From Octopus bimaculoides (Eukaryota), in contig NC_068998.1 in NCBI RefSeq assembly GCF_001194135.2, positions 2,058,321-2,122,320 of the forward strand: a DNA stretch of 64,000 nt, in the 5' to 3' direction. Positions 32,006 to 45,154 of this stretch are shown here, piece after piece. Under the pieces are notes generated by a model. That model was not told the DNA's origin. It made no database searches and saw nothing but the letters and a program-made list of their open reading frames with translations. The translations under genes were made by a program, and so were the position numbers. Every line of letters starts with the position of its first letter. Position 1 is the first letter of the stretch.

Positions 32006-33105
32006 AAAATCTATAACAGGATCTCTATCAGAAAGTTTTTCAAGAATGAACGCCACTTGTTTAGAAGCAGGATAAAGGATAAAATAAAGTTTATTTGGTA
32101 GTAGGAGAGAGAGAGAGAGAGAGAGAGAGAGTGAGAGAGAGAGAAAAAAAGAGAGGGGGGAGAGAAAGAGAGAGTTTTGTGAATGGTTGTTTCAAAGCAC
32201 AGAATTGTGGAGGCGTTTTTGGAAGAAGACCACAGACACAAATGACTTGTTTATGATATTTTTTTTACCAAGAACTGTGTTGGCATGAATTTTTTTTTTT
32301 GTCAAAGAAAGCTTTAATTGTGTTGCAAGATTGACTTCAGTGAAAATAGTTCTACTATATTTGAGTGGAATGGCAAAACTGGAGCAACACTTTGAATAAG
32401 ATTTTGATATCAGTGAGGGGAGGGGAGGGATATTAGGGAGAAAATATCTTCTTAAAGAAGACTTTGTGAGAATCAAGGTTTCTCTAATGTAGAATGGCCA
32501 ACAGACTTGGTCATTCCAAGACTCTTTCATTTTCTTTTTCAAAATGCAGTCAGTTCTTTATTTATCAATCTATAACATAATGGTTAAGTGAGGGACAATG
32601 ATTTATGGACTTGACAAGAGTGACAGATCAAAATTTTGTGAAATTGACAGGAATGATGAATTACGATTTGTAGACTTGACAAGAAAGGGTTGGATCGATG
32701 GTTTGTGGTCAGCTCTACCATCATGAAAATGTTGTTACTTTGTTACTTGGAGCCTGTCTGAAATACCCAGGAAGTGACCAAACAGATCCTTAAGATGGGT
32801 GTCCAGCAATGAAAACCATACCAAAGGTAACACCGCAGCTCAACATGTGACTTGCCAGATTTTCTCAAACTGTTCTTTAACCGATGCCAGGGTGGAAAAC
32901 GGACATTAAATGATGAAGATGATGATGACGACGATGACAACGACAACTATGATACATCCTGTGCTCCCTACTATTTGCTTTCTATGAAGGAACACATAGT
33001 TCTGTGACATGTCAAAGAAGTCAGAAACTCCAAATAAGAACTGACTTGGAGATCAGCAACAACTAGTCTGACCTATTCTAATATGGAAAAGGGTCATGAA
33101 ACGAT

Positions 33106-33107
33106 GA

Positions 33108-33141
<34 letters not shown>

Positions 33142-33365
33142 CATCGTCATGATGGTGATGACAACAATGTCTATGACAACAATGATGATGATGATTATGA
33201 TAATGACAATAATGTCTATGACGATGATAATGATGTTCATGATGATGATGATGATGGTGATGGTGATGATGATGATGATGATGATGGTGTTGGTGTTAGT
33301 GATGATGGTGCTGACGACAATGACAATAACAACGACAGTGATGATGATGATGACAATGATGACAA
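33106..33365. repeat. Degenerate (ATG/GAT)n tract
   Basis: Visible directly. It produces the poly-Met ORF 33083-33454. Confidence 0.9.
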
Positions 33366-34199
33366 TAACGGCAGTACTAGACAAAGATAACTTAAAACTA
33401 GGAAATTACCACTTGCAAATTCCAAATAAAAAAAAAGCCATTTCTCTGCAGTGAAGTGGAAGAGAAATAACAAGCAGGAAACGTCGATCCTTCTTCAGTT
33501 ATTTCAATCCGTCAGTTTGTTCCTGTTGTCGCTGTTGTTGTATAGATTTGGTTGGCTCTGATCAAATTGATCAATAGTGGTGGGGGTGGGCAGGAGGTCA
33601 ACTCAAAGATCCTAATTTCCCTGGTAAAGCCCGGCTGATGACCTGATCCGGTCTGGCTTGGGCCGGATCACACAATTATTACATCAGACACAACTCCATT
33701 GTGTATGGCAGAAGAGGACAATCCAAGTCAAAGAGGCCAACACCTGGTAACTAACCCCATTGAATGTTTCGTATCTTTTATCAGTATACTGTGGCCATGC
33801 TGGGGTACCACTGCCTTGAAGAGTTTTTAGTCGAATGAGTGGACCCCAGAACTTTCTCTTTTAAGACTGGTACTTATTGCATCAGTTATTTTTTGTTGAA
33901 CTGCTAAGTTACAGGGATGTAAACAAACCAACACTGGTTCTCATGTGTACAGTGGTTGGTAGAGGAAACACACAAACACACACACGCACACATGCACACA
34001 CGCACACATACACTCACACACACACACGCACATATGTACAATGGGCTTCTTTCAGTTTCCATCGAAACGTGTATTGTGAGATACAAATAAGATAACAATC
34101 TGTTTTCAAATACACAAACACTGATAGAACAGCAGAGACAGGATAAAATGTCCATACAAAGTGGAAAAATATGTCAGAAACCAGCCATGAGTTCAAATT

Positions 34200-34335
34200 T
34201 ACAGAAGACAAAAGATGAAGACAGGTGTAAGAACACCAAGCAGGTGTATTAGTTTAACGCTCAGGAAGAATGGAAAAGTGTTTTATGTTTTGAGCCTATG
34301 CTCTTCAACAGAAAGGATTAAGAGGTAAAACAATG
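34200..34335 (-). mobile_element. Possible second Penelope-like terminal fragment
   Basis: Minus strand CTGTTGA-A-GAGC[atag]GCTC-AAAAC resembles a decayed hammerhead-type terminus. Confidence 0.3.
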
Positions 34336-34479
34336 GAGAGAGAATGGTTTATATACATCTGGTTATTTATCATAGGCTTACAACTGTTTCAGATATATTT
34401 TGAGTGCATTTAAGGTTCAATATTACCAACTGAGCAACTGAAAATATGGGGAACCATTCTTAACTTACTCAGAGCTAAT

Positions 34480-34640
34480 TGCTCATATTCATATGAGGCA
34501 TATGGATGATCTGTCCAGACCAGCGGAGACTATGTCATGCCATGGTAACTTCAATGTTGGGCAGTTCGGCCGTGAGCAAAACCTCTTCATTGGTAATATA
34601 GTTCTTCCATGAGATAAATGCAAATTTACTTCGATTTGAT
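34480..34640 (-). mobile_element. Decayed LINE ORF2 post-RT fragment
   Basis: ISWKNYITNEEVLLTAELPNIEVTMA*HSLRWSGQIIHMP matches the I.W.D.ITN.EVL....LRW.GH..RM motif. Confidence 0.7.
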
Positions 34641-34755
34641 AAATGGAAACAGCTGCAAATGGTTCTGAACTACAATTAAACTATGACCTTTTAATACCAA
34701 TGATCAACTTCTCATTGTTATCTATTGCTCCATTTCTTTTCTTTTCTATACACAT

Positions 34756-34786
<31 letters not shown>

Positions 34787-35629
34787 AACATATATATATA
34801 TATGTACATATATATGTATATTCATGTATATACACACATATATATATGTATATATATATGTATATATATGTGTGTGTGTGTCTGTGCTTTTGTTTATTTG
34901 CTTTCTTATTATTTTGACGTGGAGTTTTCAATAAAACATCAATAAAATAAAATATTTGAATAAAAAAATCATATTCTTTAAAAAATAGAAATAAAAATTA
35001 ACAAGGAGTCATGAATGAGACAAAAAAATGTGGAGGAAATACAAAATTATAAAAAAAAACACAAAGAACTAAAACAAANNNNNNNNNNNNNNNNNNNNNN
35101 NNNNNNNNNNNNNNNNNNNNNNNNNNNNNNNNNNNNNNNNNNNNNNNNNNNNNNNNNNNNNNNNNNNNNNNNNNNNNNNNNNNNNNNNNNNNNNNNNNNN
35201 NNNNNNNNNNNNNNNNNNNNNNNNNNNNNNNNNNNNNNNNNNNNNNNNNNNNNNNNNNNNNNNNNNNNNNNNNNNNNNNNNNNNNNNNNNNNNNNNNNNN
35301 NNNNNNNNNNNNNNNNNNNNNNNNNNNNNNNNNNNNNNNNNNNNNNNNNNNNNNNNNNNNNNNNNNNNNNNNNNATATAATATATATATATATATATGAT
35401 GATGATGATGATGATATATATATATATATATATATATATATGGTGAGTGGATTGATGGCAAAGAAAGAGAAATAAGTATTTCTTTTATTGAATATTCTAC
35501 AAGTGAGTAGAACATTCCAGAATTTCAGTTGCTGATGGTAAATGGATAAATATAGTTTAATCAGTGTTTTATTCACTAAAACTTTATTCAATGGATCAAC
35601 AGTTGATTGATGGGACAGCAAGGAATATG

Positions 35630-36010
35630 ATGGAGAAGAAGAAGAAGAAGAAAGAGAAGAAAGAGGGAAAGAAGAAGAAAAAGAAGAAGAAGAAGAAGAA
35701 GAAGAAGAAGAAGAAGAAGAAGAAGAAGAAGAAGAAGAAGAAAAGAGAAAAGAGAAGCAAAAGACGAAAGCATAGAAAGAGGGAAAGAAGGTGAAGATGG
35801 TGAAGAAGGAGGGAAGGAGGAAGAAAAAGAAAGAAAAAAGGTGAACAAGAAAGGGAAAAGAAGAAGAAAAAGACAAAAAAAGGAAAAAGAAGAAGAAGAA
35901 GAAAGGGAAAAAGAAGGTAAAGAATAAGAAGAGGGAGGAGGAGGTGGGGAAGAGGAGGAAAAAGAATGATAAGAAGGTGAGGAAGAAAGAGAAAAAGAAG
36001 AAGAAGAAGG
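35630..36010. repeat. (GAA)n-based purine tract
   Basis: Visible directly in the sequence. Confidence 0.9.
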
Positions 36011-36350
36011 ATTGTACGAAGACAGACAATTGGTACGAAGAGGTTGCATGCTTAGAGACCAGCATTTTGCCTGAATAGCTTCTGTTGGGTTCCTTCCTCT
36101 TGTAGCAATGCTACTTAATTTTAAAAAGCTTTATGCTAGTATGGTTCATTATAAAACTTTGTGTCATCCTCCTCGGCCCAACAAAGCTTCTTCTTTCTTC
36201 TCCCGATTCAATGTTACTTCTGCTGATGATGGGTGACACAGGCAGATGTTAATAATTTGGTGAACTTTATTAGTGAAAAAATGTGCCATAATAACGATAA
36301 AGTATTTATCTGCTGATTCCATTTATTAAACAGATTCAATTGCTGGAGTT

Positions 36351-36399
<49 letters not shown>

Positions 36400-37669
36400 A
36401 TGATTTGAGACAACTTATCACTCTTTCATTGACTTCATGATGAAGTAAAAAGAAAATAAAAGAAAATGTGGAAAAAGAAAATGGCCATTGTGATATAGAT
36501 ATCTCTTACAACAAGAAACTTTGTGAAATAGCTGTAATCAGCAACATTGAAAACTAACGTTGGAGACTTAGTTTGCTCGAAGCTAACATCCCTTACAATG
36601 GCTGTCACCAAGATGAGTTAGAAAAAAAAAAAAAAACGGAAGAATGATGGAAATTTCTAACATTGGTACCAAGGCCGCAGACTTTGAGAGAGGGTATGGT
36701 TAATTAAATAGACCCCAGTACATGACTGGTACACATGTGTATGGCCTAGTATGAGGGCGTTGCATTCATGATTGCAAGAATGTGTTTTTGATTCCAGCAC
36801 TGGGCAATATGTTGTGCTCTCGAGCACAACGCCTTTGTTTCATGTTGCTTCAGTTTACTCAGCCGTGAAGAGGATCCCTGGGATAGACCAGTGTCTCGTT
36901 CAGAGGGGATGCTGTAATTTTTGGTCATCTATACAACAACTTTGGTAGACAGAATCTGAAACAAACCTGTCTTGTGGCAGATCCCAGTGTCACGCAAATG
37001 GCCCCTGTGCTGGTGGTATGTAAAAGCACCCATTACACTCTTGGAGTGGTTGGCGTTAGGAAGGGCATCCGGGACATTGAAAGCCATGCCAAATCAGACT
37101 GGAGTTTGGTGCAGCCTTCCAGTTTACCAGCCCTGGTCAAACTGTCCAACCCATGCCAGCATGGACAATGGACGTTAAACGATGATGATGATGATGCTGT
37201 GTGTATATGTGTGTTTGTGTGTGTGTGTGTACCCTTACCTTGACATCATGTAAAGATTGTAAACAATTTTTTTTTTGCTTCAAACATCAAATTAATAAAG
37301 ACAAAGAAATTTTACAGAATGCTTCATTATTTTTGCAATTAATTGAAACAAAGGCAGTGCATTTTGGCAGAAAAAATGGTAACGAAAGCATTAAAGTGAT
37401 CTAACTTAGTGTATTACTGGTACTTAATTGATACCAGTGGATTCTGGTTTGACTTGAATCAAGAACAAGCAGGCACTGAACAAAATTTCATTTACTACTG
37501 TTTCATAAAAACTGAATGATTTTTTACATAAAGAAAAAACAACAAAAACACTCAGGTTAATTGCTCAGTGATGCCATCAGCATGAAAATCAACAGTTAAG
37601 TAGGGGTGACGATATTTAATGCTGAGTGTACAAAAAAAAAAATCTAATTAGGAATACTAATGAGGTGAG

Positions 37670-38353
37670 TAGAAGAGAGAGGATTAGCTTAATGACTAAT
37701 ATTGTTTTAATTATAAAGGAGATTATTTTAAGGAGAATGAAAAGGGAGAAGGAAGGAAGAAAGAAAGATAGTAAAGAAAAAAGGAAGAAATGAACAGAGA
37801 AAAAAGACTGAAAGATGGAAGGAACGAAAGAGAGATAAAAGAAGAAAAAATAATGAAAGAAAGAAAGAAAGAAAGAAATAAGTAGGAGAATAAGGATTAA
37901 GAAGGAATATTGTAGGAAGGAAATAATGAAAGAAGAATAGATGAAATAGAAAAAGGAAAAGAACGAGACAAAGAAGGAAGAAAAAAAACGAATGAAAGAT
38001 AAAGAGAAGAAAGGAAAAGGAATAAACGAGAGAGAGGGAGAGGGGGGGGGAGAGAGAGGATGAATAAGAGAAGGCAAAATGAAAGAGAGAAATAATGAAG
38101 AAAAAAGTGATGAAGAACAAATAAAAAAAGAAAAGGTATTTTATGGAAAAGGAAGAAAGAAGGAATAAACGAACGAAAGAGAAAGAAAAAAGGAAAAAGT
38201 AAATGAAAGAGAGACAGAGAAGTCATGCTGAAGAAAGGAAATAATGAAGAAAGAGGCAGGGAAGAAGAAATAAAGAATGAAAGAATAGGTGTGATAAAGA
38301 AGAGAAAGAAAAAGGAACGAGCGAACGAAAGCGCGAAGAAAAATGAAGGGAAT

Positions 38354-38398
<45 letters not shown>

Positions 38399-38538
38399 NN
38401 NNNNNNNNNNNNNNNNNNNNNNNNNNNNNNNNNNNNNNNNNNNNNNNNNNNNNNNNNNNNNNNNNNNNNNNNNNNNNNNNNNNNNNNNNNNNNNNNNNNN
38501 NNNNNNNNNNNNNNNNNNNNNNNNNNNNNNNNNNNNNN

Positions 38539-38584
<46 letters not shown>

Positions 38585-39440
38585 GTATATATATATAAAT
38601 GTATATATGTATATATATGTATATATATGTGTGAATGTGTGTGTATGTGTGTTCGTCTCATTTTTACCGTTTTACTCTCTCTCTCTCTCTTTCTTTTCTT
38701 GCTCTCTCTCTCTCTCACACATATACACTCACGCACGCGCGCACTCACTCACTGTCTTTCCTCTTCGTTTCATCCACTCCTTCACTTATCCATTTCCTCT
38801 TACTCTTTCACTACCATCTCTCTCCTCCCCTTCCTCCTCTTACTCAACAATCTGCATCCCTCGCCCTCTCTTTCTAAACCACTTCCACCCTCACCTTACA
38901 TTTCTCTTTCTTTCTCTTCCCCGAACTTTATTTACTTCACACTTTTCCCCTCTCTCACATACACGGTATACCTCTCTCTCTTACTCTTTCTTGTCTTTCT
39001 GTCAACCACTTTCTCTCTTTCACATGCATATTACATGCTCTCTTATTCTTCCTTTCTGTCCATCCCTGTCTTCCTCTCTCACTTTCATGTTACATTCTCT
39101 CTTACCTTGTCTATTCCTCTACCCCCACTCTCATATTTGCCCTACACTTCCTTACGTTTTCCTTTCTTTCTCTCCATTATTCTTCCCCTCCCGTCTCTAA
39201 TTCTTCCTTACCCTCACTCTTTCCGTCTATCGATCTTCCCCTCTCTTTCACATTTACATTATCCACTTTCTCTCTATCAATCTTCCCTCTCCCCTCCTCA
39301 CATTCAGAATATTCTTTCTCTTTTTCTGTCTATACTTCTTCTCCCTCTCTCTTTTTCTTTTCTGTCTGTCCGTCATTACTCCTCTCCCTCTCTTACATAC
39401 ATACCACTCAGCTCTTAGCCTTACTCTCTCTCTCTCTCTC
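37670..39440. repeat. Low-complexity block: purine-rich tract, (GA)n-gap-(TA)n, then pyrimidine-rich tract
   Basis: ~37670-38398 is almost all A/G and ~38670-39440 is almost all C/T. Confidence 0.85.
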
Positions 39441-41021
39441 TTATAAATATATATATATATATATATATANNNNNNNNNNNNNNNNNNNNNNNNNNNNNNN
39501 NNNNNNNNNNNNNNNNNNNNNNNNNNNNNNNNNNNNNNNNNNNNNNNNNNNNNNNNNNNNNNNNNNNNNNNNNNNNNNNNNNNNNNNNNNNNNNTATATC
39601 GCTCTCCTCTCACTCTTCTGCATTCACACTGCTCACTCACTCTTCAGTCCATCTTTCACAATCACACTGCACCCCCCACTCATACTTCTTCATCACATTC
39701 CTCCTCTTCTCTCCCCCTCTCTCTATATATGATTCACTTCGTCTCGCACCTTCTCCAAATTCAGAACGTCCCTTTAAACTGGAAGGAACACAGCTTCAAA
39801 CATTTCTAAGTCTGAGGAGAAAATTAAAAAAAAAAGGCCAAACCAATAACAACAACAGGAACAACTAAATTTAAAAACAGAAACCAAACTTTATCATTAT
39901 TCCTCCCACTTCAAACATCTTTCTGAAATAATTAATTACATGAGTGTTTGTTTTAATTAAGAAACTGGATTTCTTTCACAATACAAATTAAAACTAGCGA
40001 GGTAAGTGTAGTTTTTATTCAAGTTATTGTTGTCGTTTGAAGTCAATTATCATAGATTTCCGTGCATGTTTTATTTTTAAAAAATCAATCGATTGCATCA
40101 CCTTTGACCCGCCACTTTTGCAATTTGTCCTTGTAATGTTCTCTTGGCTGTCACCCTTGTGGCAAATAAATGATTTTAATAAAAGAAAAAAAAATCCTTG
40201 TTATTATTTTGGCAAGACCAGTGGCCGAGAAGTGAGGGAATCGTTTCAATGACGGTGTTTATTATATATCGATCCCCAACTTTGTAACCGCTCTCACAGT
40301 ATGTTCTATAGTTTCGCTGTGGTGTGTGTGTGCGGGTGTATATACGCGTGTGTATGTATGTATATATATATATATATATAGATATAGATATAGATAGAGA
40401 GAGAGAGAGAGCAATATATGTGTGTGTGTTCACCTCAATATGTTTTGGTCGTAGGCTTGTCATTACACCGCTGTACCAGTTTCAAAAACTCCACTTAACT
40501 TATATCTATAGTATGTATAACTTACATTCACGCACTCTCTCTCTCACACGCACGCACACTCACACTCATACGCACGCGCGCGTGTAAGTATGTCTGTCTT
40601 TATTTGTATACTTTTCCCAAGTTTTTTTCTTTGATTCACGTTCTATAATTGTGTGGGTTCGTGTCACATTTTTTAAACAACGACTTTAAACTGTTTCCTT
40701 GTCTTTCTTATACGCACGTACACACCCACGCGCGCGCATACATACAATACATACATACAAACATACAAGCGAGTGTTCCAGCATGGCCTTAGTCACAATA
40801 GTTAAAACAAAACTCAAATACGTTACCACGTGTGTCTATGTATGTATGTACATATGTGTGTCTGTGTAAGTATATATATTATACATATATATGTATATAT
40901 ACACATATATATATGTCCATACACATTTTCTTGTGATGACAATCGTTCTATAAGTGTCATAAATACACTCGTATAAAACACAACCTTCCATCCAGTAACC
41001 GCTCTTCAACATACACACACG

Positions 41022-41056
<35 letters not shown>

Positions 41057-41066
41057 NNNNNNNNNN

Positions 41067-41108
<42 letters not shown>

Positions 41109-41417
41109 ATGGTGTTCAAGTAACGCTCGCACATCGAACGGTCATTGTCCGTTCTATTATTATCAGCCAGCAATGTCATGTCAACATTGGTTTCTCTTGT
41201 CTTTACTTCTTCGTATTTCTCTATTGTTTACAATGGTCACTCTACCTAGGATGCTGTTGAACACACACACACATGCATGTATATATTAACTCAGAGATTT
41301 AGCAGAAGCCACAGAGTGACTCAGGCGCCAAGAGTTTCGTGCGTTAGCACTTATGAAACTAGTTAGCGCCAAACGTCACCAAGCCTATATATATATATAT
41401 ATATAGGTAATCTTCAA

Positions 41418-41448
<31 letters not shown>

Positions 41449-42253
41449 CACTCACATATATGTATGTGAGTGTATGTATGTGTGTGTATGTATGTATATA
41501 TGTGTGTGTATGTATGTATATATGTGTATGTGTTTATGTATATAAATGTATGTATATATATAAATGTACGTATGTATATGTATATATATTTTTTATTATT
41601 TTTTTTTATTTATGTGTTTCAGCCAAGTGGCTGCGGTCATGCTGGTGCACCACCGTNNNNNNNNNNNNNNNNNNNNNNNNNNNNNNNNNNNNNNNNNNNN
41701 NNNNNNNNNNNNNNNNNNNNNNNNNNNNNNNNNNNNNNNNNNNNNNNNNNNNNNNNNNNNNNNNNNNNNNNNNNNNNNNNNNNNNNNNNNNNNNNNNNNN
41801 NNNNNNNNNNNNNNNNNNNNNNNNNNNNNNNNNNNNNNNNNNNNNNNNNNNNNNNNNNNNNNNNNNNNNNNNNNNNNNNNNNNNNNNNNNNNNNNNNNNN
41901 NNNNNNNNNNNNNNNNNNNNNNNNNNNNNNNNNNNNNNNNNNNNNNNNNNNNNNNNNNNNNNNNNNNNNNNNNNNNNNNNNNNNNNNNNNNNNNNNNNNN
42001 NNNNNNNNNNNNNNNNNNNNNNNNNNNNNNNNNNNNNNNNNNNNNNNNNNNNNNNNNNNNNNNNNNNNNNNNNNNNNNNNNNNNNNNNNNNNNNNNNNNN
42101 NNNNNNNNNNNNNNNNNNNNNNNNNNNNNNNNNNNNNNNNNNNNNNNNNNNNNNNNNNNNNNNNNNNNNNNNNNNNNNNNNNNNNNNNNNNNNNNNNNNN
42201 NNNNNNNNNNNNNNNNNNNNNNNNNNNNNNNNNNNNNNNNNNNNNNNNNNNNN

Positions 42254-42501
42254 CTCTCCCGCCTGCGCTCCAGGGAGTAGAGACCTAGTGCCTTCAGTCG
42301 CTCCCTGTAGTTCATCTGTTGGACTGTGGCGATCTTTTTTGTATAGTGCCGCTGAATTGCCTCGAGTTCTGCTGTCCGCTTAACACTGTGTCGTGACCAC
42401 AACTGAGAGCAATAGTCTAGGCGGCTCAGAACAAATGTCTTCCATAGAATCAACATGACTTTTTGATCCCTTGTACGGAAAGTCCTCAGTATCCACCCCG
42501 C
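42254..42501 (-). mobile_element. CR1-type LINE ORF2 C-terminal fragment
   Basis: GWILRTFRTRDQKVMLILWKTFVLSRLDYCSQLWS...ELEAIQRHYTKKI...MNYRERLKALGLYSLERRRE, then runs into an N-gap. Confidence 0.85.
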
Positions 42502-42681
42502 CATACATATATATGTATGTATATGTGTATGTATATATGTGTACATGTATATATGTGTATATGTGTATATGTATATATGTGTATGTATATGTGTACATAT
42601 ATGTATGTATATGTGTATATGTATATATGTGTATGTATATGTGTACATATATGTATGTATATGTGTATATANNNNNNNNNN

Positions 42682-43390
42682 ACCACTCCGAGAGTGTAGT
42701 GGGTGCTTTTACGTGCCACCGGCATGAAGGCCAGTCAGGCGGTACTGGCAACGGCCACACTCAAAATGGTGTTTTTTTTATGTGCCACCTGCACAGGAGC
42801 CAGTCCAGCGGCACTGGCAACGCCCATGCTCGAATGTTTTTTCATGTGCCACCAGCACAAGTCCCAGTAAGGCGACGCTGGTAAGGATCAGGCTCAAATG
42901 GTGCTATTTACGTGCCACTGGCACAGAAGCCAGGCAGCTGCTCTGGCAATGATCATGCTCGGACGGTGCTCTTAGCGCTCCACTGGTACAGGGGCCATCA
43001 CGATTTCGAGTTCACTAGACCCAACAGCTCTTCGCATGCCGAGTTTAGTGTCCAATGAAGGAGAGGTTGGCATGCGTGCCAGTCGTCGAATTTGGTTCGA
43101 TTTCGATTTCACTTGCCTCAACAGGTCTTTGCAAGCAGAGTTTAATGTCCAATGAAGGAAAGGTACGCATAAGTGGGCTGGCTACACCCCTGGCAGAGGC
43201 CTCGGATTATGGTCTCACTTGGCTTGCCGAGTCTTCTCACACACAGAATATTTCCAAAGGTCTCGGTCACAAGTCATTGCCTTAGTGAGGCCTAATGTTT
43301 GAAGGTCGTGCTTCACCACCTCATCCCAGGTCTTCCTGGGTTTACCTCTTCCACAGGTTCCTTCAACCGCTAGGATATGGCACTTTTTTG
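42682..43390 (-). mobile_element. RTE LINE 3' region (ORF2 end plus 3'UTR)
   Basis: KCHILAVEGTCGRGKPRKTWDEVVKHDLQTLGLTKAMTCDRDLWKYSVCEKTRQAK*. The UTR end overlaps in sequence with the 63775-64000 copy. Confidence 0.85.
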
Positions 43391-45075
43391 TTATATATAT
43401 ATATATATATATGCATGGCTGTGTTGTAAGAAGCTTTCGATTACATGGCACTTTGGGTAAGTGTTATCCACTTGGGCCACCCTAAACCTTGTGAGTGGAT
43501 TTGATAGACAGAAACTGAAAGAAGCCCGTTGTATATATATATCTACACATACACACACACACATACATGTATGTGAGTGTGTCTCTTTGTATGTTTGTTC
43601 TCGCACCACCGCTTGGCAACCAATACTGTTGTATTTACATTCCCTTGACCTAGCGGTTCAGCAAAAGTGACTGATAGAACAAGTACCAGACTTAAAAAGT
43701 GAGTCCTGGGCTTGATTCATTCGATGAAAATTTCATGGCAGTGCTCTAGCATGGCCGCAGTTTAATGACTGATACAAGTAAAAGATAAAAGAGAACACAC
43801 ACCTCACACACGCGCACGCACACACACATGCATAAATGCTCACATAGAAATATACACACACAGCCTACAGAAGACTTCTCATGAAGATTGAAGTTCAGGT
43901 GTTCTGAAGCTTGTGATATTAAATGCCCCCTCCACTCACCCTTAAAGGACCAACACACTCACTCACTCAGTTACATGCCCTGTTGTGTTCGACAACAATT
44001 AGCTCAATTGTGCCAGTAACTGACCAACCACCTACCCCTTATCCACTTCATTCATCTACCTGGACACTAAGTACCCTTAAAGTTATTTTTCCTTATATCC
44101 AGTTATAGTTACAAGTCTGTTTGTTCAATTTCATTTATGGGGGATTGAACCAAAGACATTGTGATTACAGATCGAACTTCTTTACCACTGTCTTCTATCT
44201 GCACCTATACACACTCTCGCAGGTTATAACAAGTATACATAAAAGCATTCCAAATTGGTGACTTGGTTTCTATACCCTGGTCAGATCGTTCTTTTCTTAC
44301 GCCACAAACGTCTATGAGACTAGTATGAATATCATAGTAGCTCACCTCTGTTCACCATATAAACATAGGACTTTCATTCACACACACACATACATAATTG
44401 TAAATCAGAGCAGACCAAAACACTGAAGAGTTGCAGTTTTTGTGAAATTAGGAAAGTGAACTTATTAACATTAAATATCAGAATAGTAATCAGTATTTAT
44501 CGACGAGGAAGTTATATAGTAATGTTAAATTTGGGTTAACATCTGCTGGTGTGTCATTTAAAGCTCATTCATCGTATTCGGTTACCAGGTGTCATCAACA
44601 GTATGGATTTAAATGTCACTGGATTTACTTCAGGGATTCCTTCTTGTCCATAGAGTTTATAAAATATGAGAGAAAGAAAAAAAAATAAATAATGTCGTAT
44701 CGCATGACAACAGTTATATATATGTGTGTGTGTGTGTGTGTGCCTTATTGGTATACAGGTGTGTCACTAGACTTTGGTGCCTGGGGGTGCTTCAGAATAT
44801 TCTGGGTAGACCCTAATTTGTATTGTGGAAAGCTTTTTCTAAACTGTATTTTCTAACTGTATTGAGAAGACACCCACATAGATTGAATATCTGCTTTGGA
44901 CCACCAAAAACTGCATTTAGGTTCTGATCTTTGTGGATTTTGAAATGTCTTTTAAGGCCTCCGCTAGATTTGCAGACCTTATGGCATACACAGCATTGAC
45001 AGGTATGCACAGATAGGTAGGCAGAGTAGCTTGTTGTTCTTGGGCTCAGCAAAAGAAAAGCATAGTCTGTCACAT

Positions 45076-45154
<79 letters not shown>

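Noticed and set aside
33083-33454. Met-rich 123-aa ORF that might suggest a reflectin-like or metal-binding protein
   Set aside because: Pure (ATG/GAT)n microsatellite with no Tyr/Arg/Pro motifs and no splice context.
34270-34315. Second hammerhead on the minus strand
   Set aside because: Two core changes (CUGUUGA, AAAA) and no convincing stem I or III. At most a decayed relic.
34998-39640. Long ORFs of 283-397 aa
   Set aside because: Products of purine/pyrimidine tracts and N-gaps, with no real coding composition.
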